From assembly GCA_965243545.1 (NCBI GenBank), contig OZ251573.1, positions 2,246,093-2,310,092 of the forward strand: 64,000 nucleotides of DNA, read 5' to 3'. Made by a program: the position numbers and the translations under genes. Below the pieces are notes generated by a model that made no database searches, was not told the origin of the DNA, and was given only the letters and a program-made list of their open reading frames with translations. Shown piece by piece: positions 55,920 through 64,000 of the stretch; position 1 is the first letter of the stretch, and every line of letters begins with the position of its first letter. The stretch comes from Spirochaetia bacterium. Its GTDB lineage: Bacteria > Spirochaetota > Spirochaetia > SZUA-6 > Bin103.

Positions 55920-57085
55920 AGAGCTTCCGCAACGTCGATCTCAAGTTGGGCCGTATGAACCTGTTTATCGGCACCAACGCCAGCGGCAAGTCCAACTTCC
56001 TCGAAGCGCTCCGCGTCCTGCAAGGAATCGGCAACGGCTTCACCATCGGCGAGATTCTCGACGGTAAACCCAAGAGCGCCATCACCCAGGCGTGGCCCGG
56101 TATCCGAGGAGGAAGCCGCTACGCCCTCTTCACCGGCGCCGAAGACGGTGACGAAGTGACGATCGAGATTTCTGGAACGCTGCCCGGGATCCCTGAGCGG
56201 AACTGGGAGTATCGTATCTCGTTCGCGCCGGCGCAAGCGGAACTGAGGGAGGAGGTATTTTCCGTAGGGTCCGAGTGGTACATGTACTTGGGTAGCTCCA
56301 AGTCAATATCGTGGTGCGGCGCGCGCGACGACAGGACGATGGAAGCACTGCTACGTTCACCGGCCGTCGTACCGTTTCTTGCGACGCAACGTCCATTTCG
56401 GGAGTGCCGCCATCTCAACGAGCGCATATTCGCGGTGCGGCGCATGCTGGCGAACACGCAGCGCGTCGACGTGTCACGTCGGATGCTGGAGGGGTATTCG
56501 GAAGCCCCGCAGGTAATAAGCCTCGGTGAACGTGGGGAAGACTTTGCGGGACTGGTTCGGGAGATCTGCAAGGACAAGAAGAAAAAGGATGCGTATCTGT
56601 CGTGGCTCCAGGAGCTTCTACCGGAGCAAGTGAGCGGCGTTGGAACGCTGAGCGGCGCCGTCGGCGATTGCTTGTTCATGCTGCGCGAAAACAGCGGTGA
56701 GTTTGCCGCACCGGCGCTCAGCGAAGGTACGCTGCGCTTTGCGGCGATGGCGGCCACGTTCTTTCAACCCGAGTCGCCCAACGCTATGATCATCGAGGAG
56801 ATAGAAAGCAGCATTCACCCAAGTGGCCTGCGCGTTCTGGTAGAGTTGGTGATGAAACTGGCCGAATCGGACGATACTCAAGTCTTCGCAACTACCTACT
56901 CTCCGACAGTGCTGGAGTGGCTGGACCACTACGATAACGGAAAGACCTTTTTCTGCCACCGTCACGAGGAGACCGGCGAATCGACGATCCGACCGCTAAC
57001 TGAGGTCCCGCACTTCAACGAGGTCGTGCAGAATTCCCGGATCGGCGATTTGCTCGTTGAAGGCTGGCTGGAAATGGCTCTATGA
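55889..57085 (+). CDS. AAA/ABC-type (RecF/SMC-like) ATPase between mod and res
   Basis: MIDRIVIKNFKSFRNVDLKLGRMNLFIGTNASGKSNFLEAL (Walker A). LSEGTLRF (signature-like). AMIIEEIESSIHP (Walker B). ATGA overlap with the mod stop. Confidence 0.7.
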   Translation: MIDRIVIKNFKSFRNVDLKLGRMNLFIGTNASGKSNFLEALRVLQGIGNGFTIGEILDGKPKSAITQAWPGIRGGSRYALFTGAEDGDEVTIEISGTLPGIPERNWEYRISFAPAQAELREEVFSVGSEWYMYLGSSKSISWCGARDDRTMEALLRSPAVVPFLATQRPFRECRHLNERIFAVRRMLANTQRVDVSRRMLEGYSEAPQVISLGERGEDFAGLVREICKDKKKKDAYLSWLQELLPEQVSGVGTLSGAVGDCLFMLRENSGEFAAPALSEGTLRFAAMAATFFQPESPNAMIIEEIESSIHPSGLRVLVELVMKLAESDDTQVFATTYSPTVLEWLDHYDNGKTFFCHRHEETGESTIRPLTEVPHFNEVVQNSRIGDLLVEGWLEMAL

Positions 57086-57131
57086 GCGCTTGCGACCGGA
57101 TCGCGGCGCACTTGGGGGAGGCATAGGGGCG

Positions 57132-60100
57132 ATGGCCGAGGCGCAGGTTCCGCTGCAACCGGTGGAGGAGCCGATCATCTGCTCTCCGTACGGGGAGCCC
57201 GGGGCGTATTGGTTGTACGACACCGGCACCGGGCTGCCGTCGAAGATCGAGGGGCGGCGCGAGGCCGGCTACTGGTACAAGACGGAGCGGGCCGGGAGCG
57301 CGCAGCGCGGGCTGTTTGCGGAGGAGGAACGGGACGACCTGCCGCTGGTGAACGTGCTGCGCGGCGACGTGCGCCGCTGGCGGGAGGCGGGCTGGCCGGG
57401 CTCGTCGCCGACCACCAAGAAGCTGCTGCGCCACTGGTGGCGGGAGGACCGCTTGCGCCGCCTGTTCTTCTGCCAACTCGAAGCGGTGGAGACCGTCATC
57501 TACCTGCGCGAGATGCTGGCGCAGGGCCGCACGCCGCGCCGGAAACCGGGGCTTTCGCTAGCCGAGTTCGAGATGCTTGGCCAAGGCGTCAATCCGCGCC
57601 CCCAGGAGTGGGTGGCGAAGGTGGCGCAGCCGCCGCGGCTGGCCGACGCTCCCCACGGCAACGGCGGCAACGGTAGCGGCGCCGGCGCGCGGGCGCTCCC
57701 GATCCCCCGCTACGCCTGCAAGATGGCGACCGGCAGCGGCAAGACCGTGGTCATGGCCATGCTGATCGCCTGGACCTTCTGCAACCGCGGCGCCAACCCC
57801 GGCGACGCCCGCTTTCCGCGCCGCGTGCTGGTGGTCTGCCCCAACCTCACCATCAAGGAACGGCTGCAGGTGCTGCGCCCCGCCTCCGCCGGCAACTACT
57901 TTGAGGAGTTCGACCTGGTGCCGTCGCCGCTGCGCCCGGAGCTCGCCAAGGGCAAGGTGATGGTCACCAACTGGCACCGCCTCAGCCCCGACTCCGAGGA
58001 GATCCGCGTCGGCGCGGTGACGGTGGGCCGGATCGGTGAGGAGACCCCGGAGGCGTTCGCCCGCAACCGCCTGGGCGACCTGTACGACGGCGCGCCGCTG
58101 CTGGTGCTCAACGACGAGGGCCATCACGCCTACCGGCCGGCCCCGGCCGCCGAAGACCTGCCCCCGGCGGCGCGGGCGGAGCGCGAGGCGGCCACGGTGT
58201 GGGTGGACGGCCTGGACCGGATCAACGCCGCCTGCGGCATCGACGTCTGCATCGACCTGTCGGCCACGCCGTTCTACCTGGCCGGCAGCGGCTATCCCGA
58301 AGGGTCGCCGTTCCCTTGGATCGTGAGCGACTTCAGCCTGGTGGACGCCATCGAGTGCGGCATCACCAAGATTCCGCGCCTGCCCGCCGCCGACAACACC
58401 GGGCGGCCCGATCCCAAGTATTTCCGCCTGTGGGAGCACGTGGCCCGCGACCTGAAGCCGGGCGAACGGCTGAGCCGGGGGCGGCCGAAGCCGGAGGCGG
58501 TCTACCGCAGGGCCGAGGACGCGCTGCTGACGCTGGCCGGCGAGTGGAAGGAGCGGTTCGAGCAGGTGCGGGCGTCCGCTCCCGGCCAGGACCGCACCCC
58601 GCCGATGATGATCGTGGTGTGCGACAACACCGCCATCGCCACCCACTTCCACCGCATGATCGCCGGCGAGGAGGCGGACGCGGGCGAGCAGGCCGGCGGC
58701 GGCGAAGGCGCGGGCGGCGGGCTGCAGGCGGACGGCGGCGCCGGCCTCAAGGGCTTCCCCGAGCTGTGGAACGCCGGCGGCCGGGAGGTCACGCTGCGCA
58801 TCGACTCCAAGCTGCTCGAAGCGGCCGAAAGCGGCGATCCCAACGCCACCCGGAAGGAGGCCGCCGAGGCGTTGCGCCGCGTCGTTTCCACCATCGGCCG
58901 GCCGGGCGAACCGGGGGCGCGCATCCGCTGCGTGATCAGCGTGAACATGCTGAGCGAGGGATGGGACGCCAACAACGTGACCCACATCCTGGGGCTGCGC
59001 GCGTTCCACAGTCAGTTGCTGTGCGAGCAGGTGGTGGGCCGCGGCCTGCGCCGCATGGACTACACGCCGGACCCGGAGACCGGCCTGCTCACCGCCGAGT
59101 ACGTCGACGTCTTCGGCGTGCCGTTCTCGCTGATCCCGTTCAAGGGGCGCCAGCCGGGCGCCGAGCCGCCGCCCGACGAGCGGCCCAAGCACGAGGTGAC
59201 GGCGCTCCCGGAGCGGCGGGAGATGGAGATTCGCTTCCCGGTGGTGGAGGGCTACGTCCTTCCCCTGAAGCGGAACCGGGTCGTCTGCGACGTGGCCGCA
59301 GTGGAACCGCTGGCGCTCGATCCGGCCAGCGTGCCGGTCGACACCTTCGTCCAGCCGCAGGTGAGCTACAAGGTCGGCGCGCCCGGCCACTTCGGCGGCT
59401 TCGGGTTCCAGAGCGTCGACCGGCAGGGGTACTACGCCGCCCACCATCCACAGACCATCGCCTTCGAGATCGCCCGCGACGTGGTGCGCCAGCTCACCGA
59501 AGCGGCGGAGGCAATCGGCGCCGCCGCCGGCACTGGCAATGGTGATGGGGGCGACCGTGATGGCGATGGCGGGAGTGACGACGGGCACGCCGCGAATGGC
59601 GCGAACGCCGCGAACGGCGCGAATGCTCTGAACGCCCGGCGCGTGGCGCGCCACGCCCTGTTTCCGCAGGTGCTGCGGATCGTGCAGGCGTACGTCCGCG
59701 AGCGGGTGGACCTGCGCGGCTGCCATCCGTGCGAGATCGGCCTGCAGACCTACGCCGAGCGCATCGCCGAGCGGTTGGCGGCGGCGATCCGGCCCGACGA
59801 CGCGCAGGGCGAGCGGGCGCCGCTACCGCGCCTCAACCGCTACGAGCCGACCGGCAGCACCGCGCGCGTCCGCTTCAAGACCGTGCGCCCGGTGCAGGCC
59901 GCGCAGGCCAGCCACCTCAACTACGTGGCGTGCGACACCGGCAGTTGGGAGCAGGCGGCGGCGTTCCAACTCGAACGGCTGGCGGCGGCGGACCGGGGCG
60001 TCGTGGAGTGCTACGCGCGCAACGACCACCTCGACTTCACCATTCCCTACCAGCACCAGGGAGAAGCGCGCGCCTACGAGCCCGACTTCATCGTACGGCT

Positions 60101-60392
60101 GCGCGGCGGCGTGCAGGTGGTCGTGGAGATCAAGGGCCAGTCCCGCGACGAGACCGACGCCAAGCACGAAGCGGCCAAGCGCTGGGTGCGCGCCGTCAAC
60201 CACTGGGGCGAGCTCGGCGCGTGGCGCTTCCTGGTGTGCCGCGACCCGCAGACGCTCGGCCCGATGCTGGAGGCATTGCTCGACCATCAAGCTCGCCACG
60301 TTCGCGGATTGACCGGCGGCGACCGAGTGAGCAATGCTGAAGTCGATGTCCACGACCACGACCGTCGAAGGCTTGGTTCGAGCAATGGATGA
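57132..60392 (+). CDS. res: Type III restriction Res-like helicase-nuclease
   Basis: Helicase motif I KMATGSGKTVVMA. Motif II LVLNDEGHHAY. SEGWDANNV. C-terminal PD-(D/E)XK YEPDFIVRL...VVVEIKG. Start chosen at ATG 57132 (MAEAQVPLQPVEEPI); the track start at 57057 is a TTG inside the ATPase gene. Confidence 0.85.
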   Translation: MAEAQVPLQPVEEPIICSPYGEPGAYWLYDTGTGLPSKIEGRREAGYWYKTERAGSAQRGLFAEEERDDLPLVNVLRGDVRRWREAGWPGSSPTTKKLLRHWWREDRLRRLFFCQLEAVETVIYLREMLAQGRTPRRKPGLSLAEFEMLGQGVNPRPQEWVAKVAQPPRLADAPHGNGGNGSGAGARALPIPRYACKMATGSGKTVVMAMLIAWTFCNRGANPGDARFPRRVLVVCPNLTIKERLQVLRPASAGNYFEEFDLVPSPLRPELAKGKVMVTNWHRLSPDSEEIRVGAVTVGRIGEETPEAFARNRLGDLYDGAPLLVLNDEGHHAYRPAPAAEDLPPAARAEREAATVWVDGLDRINAACGIDVCIDLSATPFYLAGSGYPEGSPFPWIVSDFSLVDAIECGITKIPRLPAADNTGRPDPKYFRLWEHVARDLKPGERLSRGRPKPEAVYRRAEDALLTLAGEWKERFEQVRASAPGQDRTPPMMIVVCDNTAIATHFHRMIAGEEADAGEQAGGGEGAGGGLQADGGAGLKGFPELWNAGGREVTLRIDSKLLEAAESGDPNATRKEAAEALRRVVSTIGRPGEPGARIRCVISVNMLSEGWDANNVTHILGLRAFHSQLLCEQVVGRGLRRMDYTPDPETGLLTAEYVDVFGVPFSLIPFKGRQPGAEPPPDERPKHEVTALPERREMEIRFPVVEGYVLPLKRNRVVCDVAAVEPLALDPASVPVDTFVQPQVSYKVGAPGHFGGFGFQSVDRQGYYAAHHPQTIAFEIARDVVRQLTEAAEAIGAAAGTGNGDGGDRDGDGGSDDGHAANGANAANGANALNARRVARHALFPQVLRIVQAYVRERVDLRGCHPCEIGLQTYAERIAERLAAAIRPDDAQGERAPLPRLNRYEPTGSTARVRFKTVRPVQAAQASHLNYVACDTGSWEQAAAFQLERLAAADRGVVECYARNDHLDFTIPYQHQGEARAYEPDFIVRLRGGVQVVVEIKGQSRDETDAKHEAAKRWVRAVNHWGELGAWRFLVCRDPQTLGPMLEALLDHQARHVRGLTGGDRVSNAEVDVHDHDRRRLGSSNG

Positions 60393-60966
60393 GAATCCCG
60401 AGTTGCTTGAGGCGATGCGCGCCCGCCTGCTGACCCGCGAGCTGCTGGAGATGCCGGCGACGTTGGCCGAGTTCATGGCGGTCACGAAGCGCCAGTTTGA
60501 AGCGATCGACCGACGCTTGCAGCGGATCGGGGATGACCTGACCCCGATCAAGGCCGCGCACGCCAGACACGCCGCCATGGCGGAAGCGGACCTGATCGCC
60601 GTCGAGAGCGGACTCCAGTACGTCCGCGTCGTGCCCTACGAAGAAAAGAAAGAACTTGCACGGAAAGGCGATACCGCCGGCATCCCGACCGATGAACTGC
60701 GCAGCTTCCGGCGGGCCGACCTGATCGTGGAAGCGAAAGACCGCGCCGGGCAACGCTGTTTCCTCGCCGCCGAAGTGTCGTACACGGTCGACGACCGGGA
60801 CACGACGCGGGCGCTCCGCAACGCGGCTCTGCTGACTCGGTTCACCGGCCGGCCCGCCTACGCCGCCGTAGTTGGGTTGCGCTACGACCGGCGCATTCGC
60901 CACTGCATCGGAACCGGCGAGGTGGCTTGGTATCAACTCGACGCGTGCTCGCTGGAAGTCGACTGA
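60346..60966 (+). CDS. paralogue of the 47137..47964 protein (helical N-terminus + PD-(D/E)XK-like C-terminus)
   Basis: TTTVEGLVRAMDENPELLEAMRARLLTRELLEMP aligns with AITVEDFHDLVQLLEDRPQWRAEMRRLVMGEEYLAVP. RADLIVEAKD...FLAAEVSYTVDDRDTTRALRNAALL aligns with WADLVMRGRW...VLAEISSLVDLNDVRRAVGRAALL. Confidence 0.5.
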   Translation: MSTTTTVEGLVRAMDENPELLEAMRARLLTRELLEMPATLAEFMAVTKRQFEAIDRRLQRIGDDLTPIKAAHARHAAMAEADLIAVESGLQYVRVVPYEEKKELARKGDTAGIPTDELRSFRRADLIVEAKDRAGQRCFLAAEVSYTVDDRDTTRALRNAALLTRFTGRPAYAAVVGLRYDRRIRHCIGTGEVAWYQLDACSLEVD

Positions 60967-60976
60967 AGCTCCCCGG

Positions 60977-63871
60977 TCAGCCCTCCTCGGGGAGCAGGAC
61001 CAGGTGCACGTAACGGTCCATGTCCAGGTAGCGGCGCGCCGCCTCGGCGACGTCCTCCGGGGTGATCGAGTCGAGGCGTTGCTCGAAGCCGCCGATCGCG
61101 GCGAACGGCTCATCGCGCTCCACGACGGCGCGGATCTGGTCGAGCCAGAACCGGTTGGAAGTCCGTTGCTCCTGGCGGGCGGAGCGCTGCAGCTCCTTGG
61201 CCTTGTCCAGATAACTCTGCTCGCCGCCGGCGCGCAGCCACTCCACTTCGGCAAACACGGCTTCGGTCAGCTCCTCGGCGCGCGCCGGGTCGCTCTCGAA
61301 GAAGGCGAACACGTGGTACTCGGGGTCGGGCAGCGCCTGGGAGTTGCCGAACGCGCCGTAGTTGTAAGCGCCGCCGAGCCCCTCCCGGATCGATTCGCGC
61401 AGGCGCATCTCCAGCATCTGGCCCAGCAGCGTCAGCGTCAGCGCTTCCGTCCTGCTCCACTCCATGTCGCCCGCGAACGCCACGTAGGTCGTGCTGACCT
61501 GCTCCACGCCCCGGCGCACCGTCTCTTCCACGATGCCGGGCGGCGGGTCGATGCCGACGTCCCGCCACTGCTCCTGACGTCCCGCAGACGGGAGCGCCCC
61601 CAGGTAGGCCGCGCTCAACGCCCGCAGTTCCTGCGGATCGAACGCGCCGGTGAAGATGAAGGTGAAGTCGCCGAAGTCGGCGAAGCGGTCTTCGTACACC
61701 GCCCGCGAGCGCTCCAGGTCGAGCTCCGCCACCACCTCCGTGGTGATCGGCCGCGCGCGGAAGTGCTCCTGCGCCAGGACGCTCTGTATCCGGTCCCGGA
61801 ACACGATCTGCGGCGACGCGTCGCGGTTCTCGACCTGGCTCCGCAACCGCGACCGGAACGACTCGAAATAGGTGGGATCGAAGCGCGGATCGGTCGCGTA
61901 CAAGGTGACGAGCTGAAACAGGGTCTCCAGGTCGCGCGGTGAAGCGCTGCCCTGCATGCCTTCGAACAGCTCGCCGATGGAGGCGGAGACGTACACCTCC
62001 TTGCCGGCCAGCAGCTTTTCCAACGTGACCTGGTCGTGCACGCCGGCGCCGCTGCCGGCGGCGATCGACGCCGCGCTGAACGCGGGGATGTAGTCCGCGT
62101 CGGCCACCAGCGAGTCGCCGCCGGGGCTGGTGGCGGCCATCAGCACCTCGTCGTTGCGGAAGTCGGTCTGCTTGGCGATCACGGTGACGCCGTTGGACAG
62201 CGTCCACTCCGTCGCGTCGATCTCTTCCAGGCGCCGTTCGGCGGTGACCGCGCCCGGCGCCGGCATGCCGGCCAACAGCGGCGCGTCGCCGATCCGGTCC
62301 ACGTAGGGTTCGACGCCGCGGTTGACGGCGGCGGCAAGCTGGCCGAGCAGCGCCGCGCCCAACGATGCGTTCGCCGCTTCCGGGTCGTTCGGGTCGGCGC
62401 CCGCAGCCGCGGCAGCGGCGGCGGCGATCCCCTCCGGGCCTGACGCCAGCAGCACCACGTTGCCCGGCTCCGCCCACAAGTCGGCCACCGCGTCGACCTC
62501 CGCCAAGCTGATGTCCGGCAGCAACCGCCGGTGCAGCTCGACCTCGCGCTCCAGGCCGGGCGTCATGGCGTCCGTCAGGAAATGGCGCAGGTACTCACCG
62601 GCCAGCCGCGCGGACGGCTGCTGGTCGCGTTCCTGATACGCGCTCTCCGCCCCCCGCATCAGGTTGGCCTTGGCCCGCGCCAGCTCGGTGGCGGTGAATC
62701 CGTGCAGCTGCGACCGGCGCAGCTCCTCCAGCACGGCGTCCAGCCCGCGCGCGATACCGTCCTGGCTCACCCAGGCTCTGGCGACCAGGGTCGCCGTGGC
62801 GCCGGCCAGATGGCCGCGCCCGGCGTTGGCGCCGGCGTACGGCGGATCGGCCACCTGCATGCGTTCGAACAGCCGGGCGTTGATCATCTCCCCGTACAGC
62901 GCGTCGACCAGCAGGCGCCGATAGGCGGCGGCGTCCCGTCCCGTGTCCGCCGGCATCTTGCGGTACAGGCTCAGCGAGGCAGTGCTGGCTTCCGGGTCGG
63001 TGACCACGCTGATGCGCGGCTCCCCGTGGTCGGGTATCGCGTAGCGGGGCTGCTCGGCCGGGGTTGCGGAGCGCCGCGCCCGCGCGTACTCCACCGTCCC
63101 CTGCGGCGGCGGCGCGAAGCGCCGGCGGATCGTGTCCTCGATCCGGTCGGCGTCGAAGTCGCCCACCGCGATCACCGCCATCAGCTCCGGCCGGTACCAC
63201 GTGTCGGCGAATTCGCGCAGCTGGTCCGCGGTGGCGCCGGAAATCACCTCGGGCACGCCGATCGGCAGCCGGACCGAGTAGCGGGAGTCACCGAACAGCG
63301 TCGGCAGCTGCCGGTACAGCATGCGGGTGTCGGCGCCGCGCCCGGAGCGCCACTCCTCCATGATCACGCCCCGCTCCTGCACCACCTCCTCGGGCTCGAA
63401 GGCCATGGCGTAGGCCCATTCGCTCAGGATCTGAATGGCGGTGTCGAGCACCGCCGGGTTCTCGGTCGGGATCTCCAGCCGGTAGACGGTTTCGTCGAAG
63501 CTGGTGTAGGCGTTGAGGTCGGGTCCGAACCCGCTGCCGATCGACTCCAGGTAGCCGACGATCTCCTGCTTGGCGAAGCGTTCGGTGCCGTTGAACGCCA
63601 TGTGCTCCACGAAGTGCGCCAGCCCGCTCTGCGACTCCTCCTCCATGGCCGATCCGGCCTTCACCGCCAGGCGGAGCTGCGCCCGGTCCGGCGGCTCGGC
63701 GTTGCTCCGCACGTAGTAGACCAAGCCGTTGCTCAGAGTGCCCCGCCGGACCTCCGGGTCGAACGGCAGCGCTTCGCCATCCTGGCCAAACGCCGCGGGG
63801 GCGGCCGCGGCCAGCGCGGCGGCCGCGAAGAGAGCGCGCCGGAGCGCGTATCGCAGGTTCACGTTCATCAT
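60977..63871 (-). CDS. secreted M16-family (pitrilysin/insulinase-like) zinc peptidase, tandem-domain type
   Basis: Signal peptide MMNVNLRYALRRALFAAAALAAAAPAAFG. HxxEH motif GLAHFVEHMAFNGT. At 964 aa it is consistent with a fused double M16 unit. Confidence 0.85.
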   Translation of the reverse strand: MMNVNLRYALRRALFAAAALAAAAPAAFGQDGEALPFDPEVRRGTLSNGLVYYVRSNAEPPDRAQLRLAVKAGSAMEEESQSGLAHFVEHMAFNGTERFAKQEIVGYLESIGSGFGPDLNAYTSFDETVYRLEIPTENPAVLDTAIQILSEWAYAMAFEPEEVVQERGVIMEEWRSGRGADTRMLYRQLPTLFGDSRYSVRLPIGVPEVISGATADQLREFADTWYRPELMAVIAVGDFDADRIEDTIRRRFAPPPQGTVEYARARRSATPAEQPRYAIPDHGEPRISVVTDPEASTASLSLYRKMPADTGRDAAAYRRLLVDALYGEMINARLFERMQVADPPYAGANAGRGHLAGATATLVARAWVSQDGIARGLDAVLEELRRSQLHGFTATELARAKANLMRGAESAYQERDQQPSARLAGEYLRHFLTDAMTPGLEREVELHRRLLPDISLAEVDAVADLWAEPGNVVLLASGPEGIAAAAAAAAGADPNDPEAANASLGAALLGQLAAAVNRGVEPYVDRIGDAPLLAGMPAPGAVTAERRLEEIDATEWTLSNGVTVIAKQTDFRNDEVLMAATSPGGDSLVADADYIPAFSAASIAAGSGAGVHDQVTLEKLLAGKEVYVSASIGELFEGMQGSASPRDLETLFQLVTLYATDPRFDPTYFESFRSRLRSQVENRDASPQIVFRDRIQSVLAQEHFRARPITTEVVAELDLERSRAVYEDRFADFGDFTFIFTGAFDPQELRALSAAYLGALPSAGRQEQWRDVGIDPPPGIVEETVRRGVEQVSTTYVAFAGDMEWSRTEALTLTLLGQMLEMRLRESIREGLGGAYNYGAFGNSQALPDPEYHVFAFFESDPARAEELTEAVFAEVEWLRAGGEQSYLDKAKELQRSARQEQRTSNRFWLDQIRAVVERDEPFAAIGGFEQRLDSITPEDVAEAARRYLDMDRYVHLVLLPEEG

Positions 63872-64000
63872 TGCCTTGCGGCGGAATATAACGGGCGGAT
63901 GTGGTACGGTCCAACCTGAGCGCGGGCCGCGCCCCCGGGCGCAGTGCGATCCGTCCGCGTCACCGTTACGGGAGGAATTTCGTTTGGATGTAAGGCGGAG

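Noticed and set aside
11124-57085. Interpreting the PglW-like gene plus the methyltransferases as a BREX/Pgl system.
   Set aside because: No PglX-, PglZ-, BrxC/PglY- or BrxL-like ORFs were recognised. The methyltransferases are beta-class DPPY Mod-type enzymes coupled to a Res helicase-nuclease 30 kb away from the kinase gene.
19505-57085. Over-extended track ORFs 19505..20956, 28645..30894, 46363..47964, 51293..52126 and 55208..57085.
   Set aside because: Their 5' parts overlap the preceding well-supported genes in another frame and are Arg/Gly-rich. Internal starts with SD sequences or ATGA coupling (20060, 29332, 47137, 55889) give the sensible gene models. 51293..52126 has no credible unique part.
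44789-59726. Long minus-strand ORFs across the restriction-modification locus (44789..46567, 48834..51497, 54294..55412, 57558..59726).
   Set aside because: They are antisense to the Mod and Res frames, which contain the DPPY, DPTCGSGTT, ATGSGKT and DEGHH motifs. Their composition is a degenerate R/G/A/V/P-rich GC shadow.
1-64000. tRNA, rRNA or other structured RNA genes as island integration sites.
   Set aside because: I did not recognise any cloverleaf-like or rRNA-like sequence at the composition boundaries (about 4800, 31990, 39381). This is a by-eye negative and should be confirmed with tRNAscan-SE/Infernal.

Overview
High-GC bacterial chromosomal window. It is a mosaic of ordinary metabolic genes and several visibly AT-richer accessory blocks full of conflict and defence genes. 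All calls rest on reading the ORF translations and the DNA by eye; no searches were run and no GC values were computed.

Layout from left to right:
1. 1-4799: a six-gene, minus-strand, translationally coupled operon encoding TIR / SLOG-like / TIR / Nmad2-like / MazG-fusion / UDG-like proteins.
2. 4.9-10.4 kb: two decayed direct copies of an HNH-endonuclease gene. They bracket a lipoprotein gene, an ISL3-family IS with inverted repeats and an 8-bp target duplication, and a small-protein + ThsB-like TIR pair.
3. 10.4-11.0 kb: an AbrB/MazE-Doc toxin-antitoxin module.
4. 11.1-15.1 kb: an isolated PglW-like NERD / pseudokinase / kinase giant protein.
5. 15.2-32.0 kb: housekeeping and catabolic genes. 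These are an M14 peptidase, GNATs, a sugar ABC transporter with a truncated binding protein, a sulfatase, dehydrogenases, a PhyH dioxygenase, a TPP enzyme and a SelA-like PLP enzyme.
6. 32.0-39.4 kb: an AT-richer two-gene island encoding a 2077-aa P-loop/AAA-type protein and a 366-aa partner with a C-terminal HEPN-like RNKLAH motif. A 74-bp remnant of the same ISL3 element abuts it.
7. 39.9-43.9 kb: a classic AAA+ ATPase with a ribbon-helix-helix partner, an aldolase, a Fic protein and antitoxin remnants.
8. 43.9-61.0 kb: a Type III-like restriction-modification locus. Its ~3.1-kb mod gene is present three times in tandem. Two copies are frameshifted and share one recognition segment. The third is intact and carries a different, AT-richer segment. 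It is followed by an ATPase gene and a Res helicase-nuclease gene. AT-rich cargo sits between the mod copies: a coiled-coil protein, a short TIR protein with a small ORF, and a 2-TM protein.
9. 61.0-63.9 kb: an M16 peptidase.

The window encodes four separate TIR-domain proteins. The best candidates for an undescribed system are the 1-4799 operon and the 32029-39369 giant-ATPase/HEPN-like pair. No rRNA, tRNA or CRISPR array was recognised.
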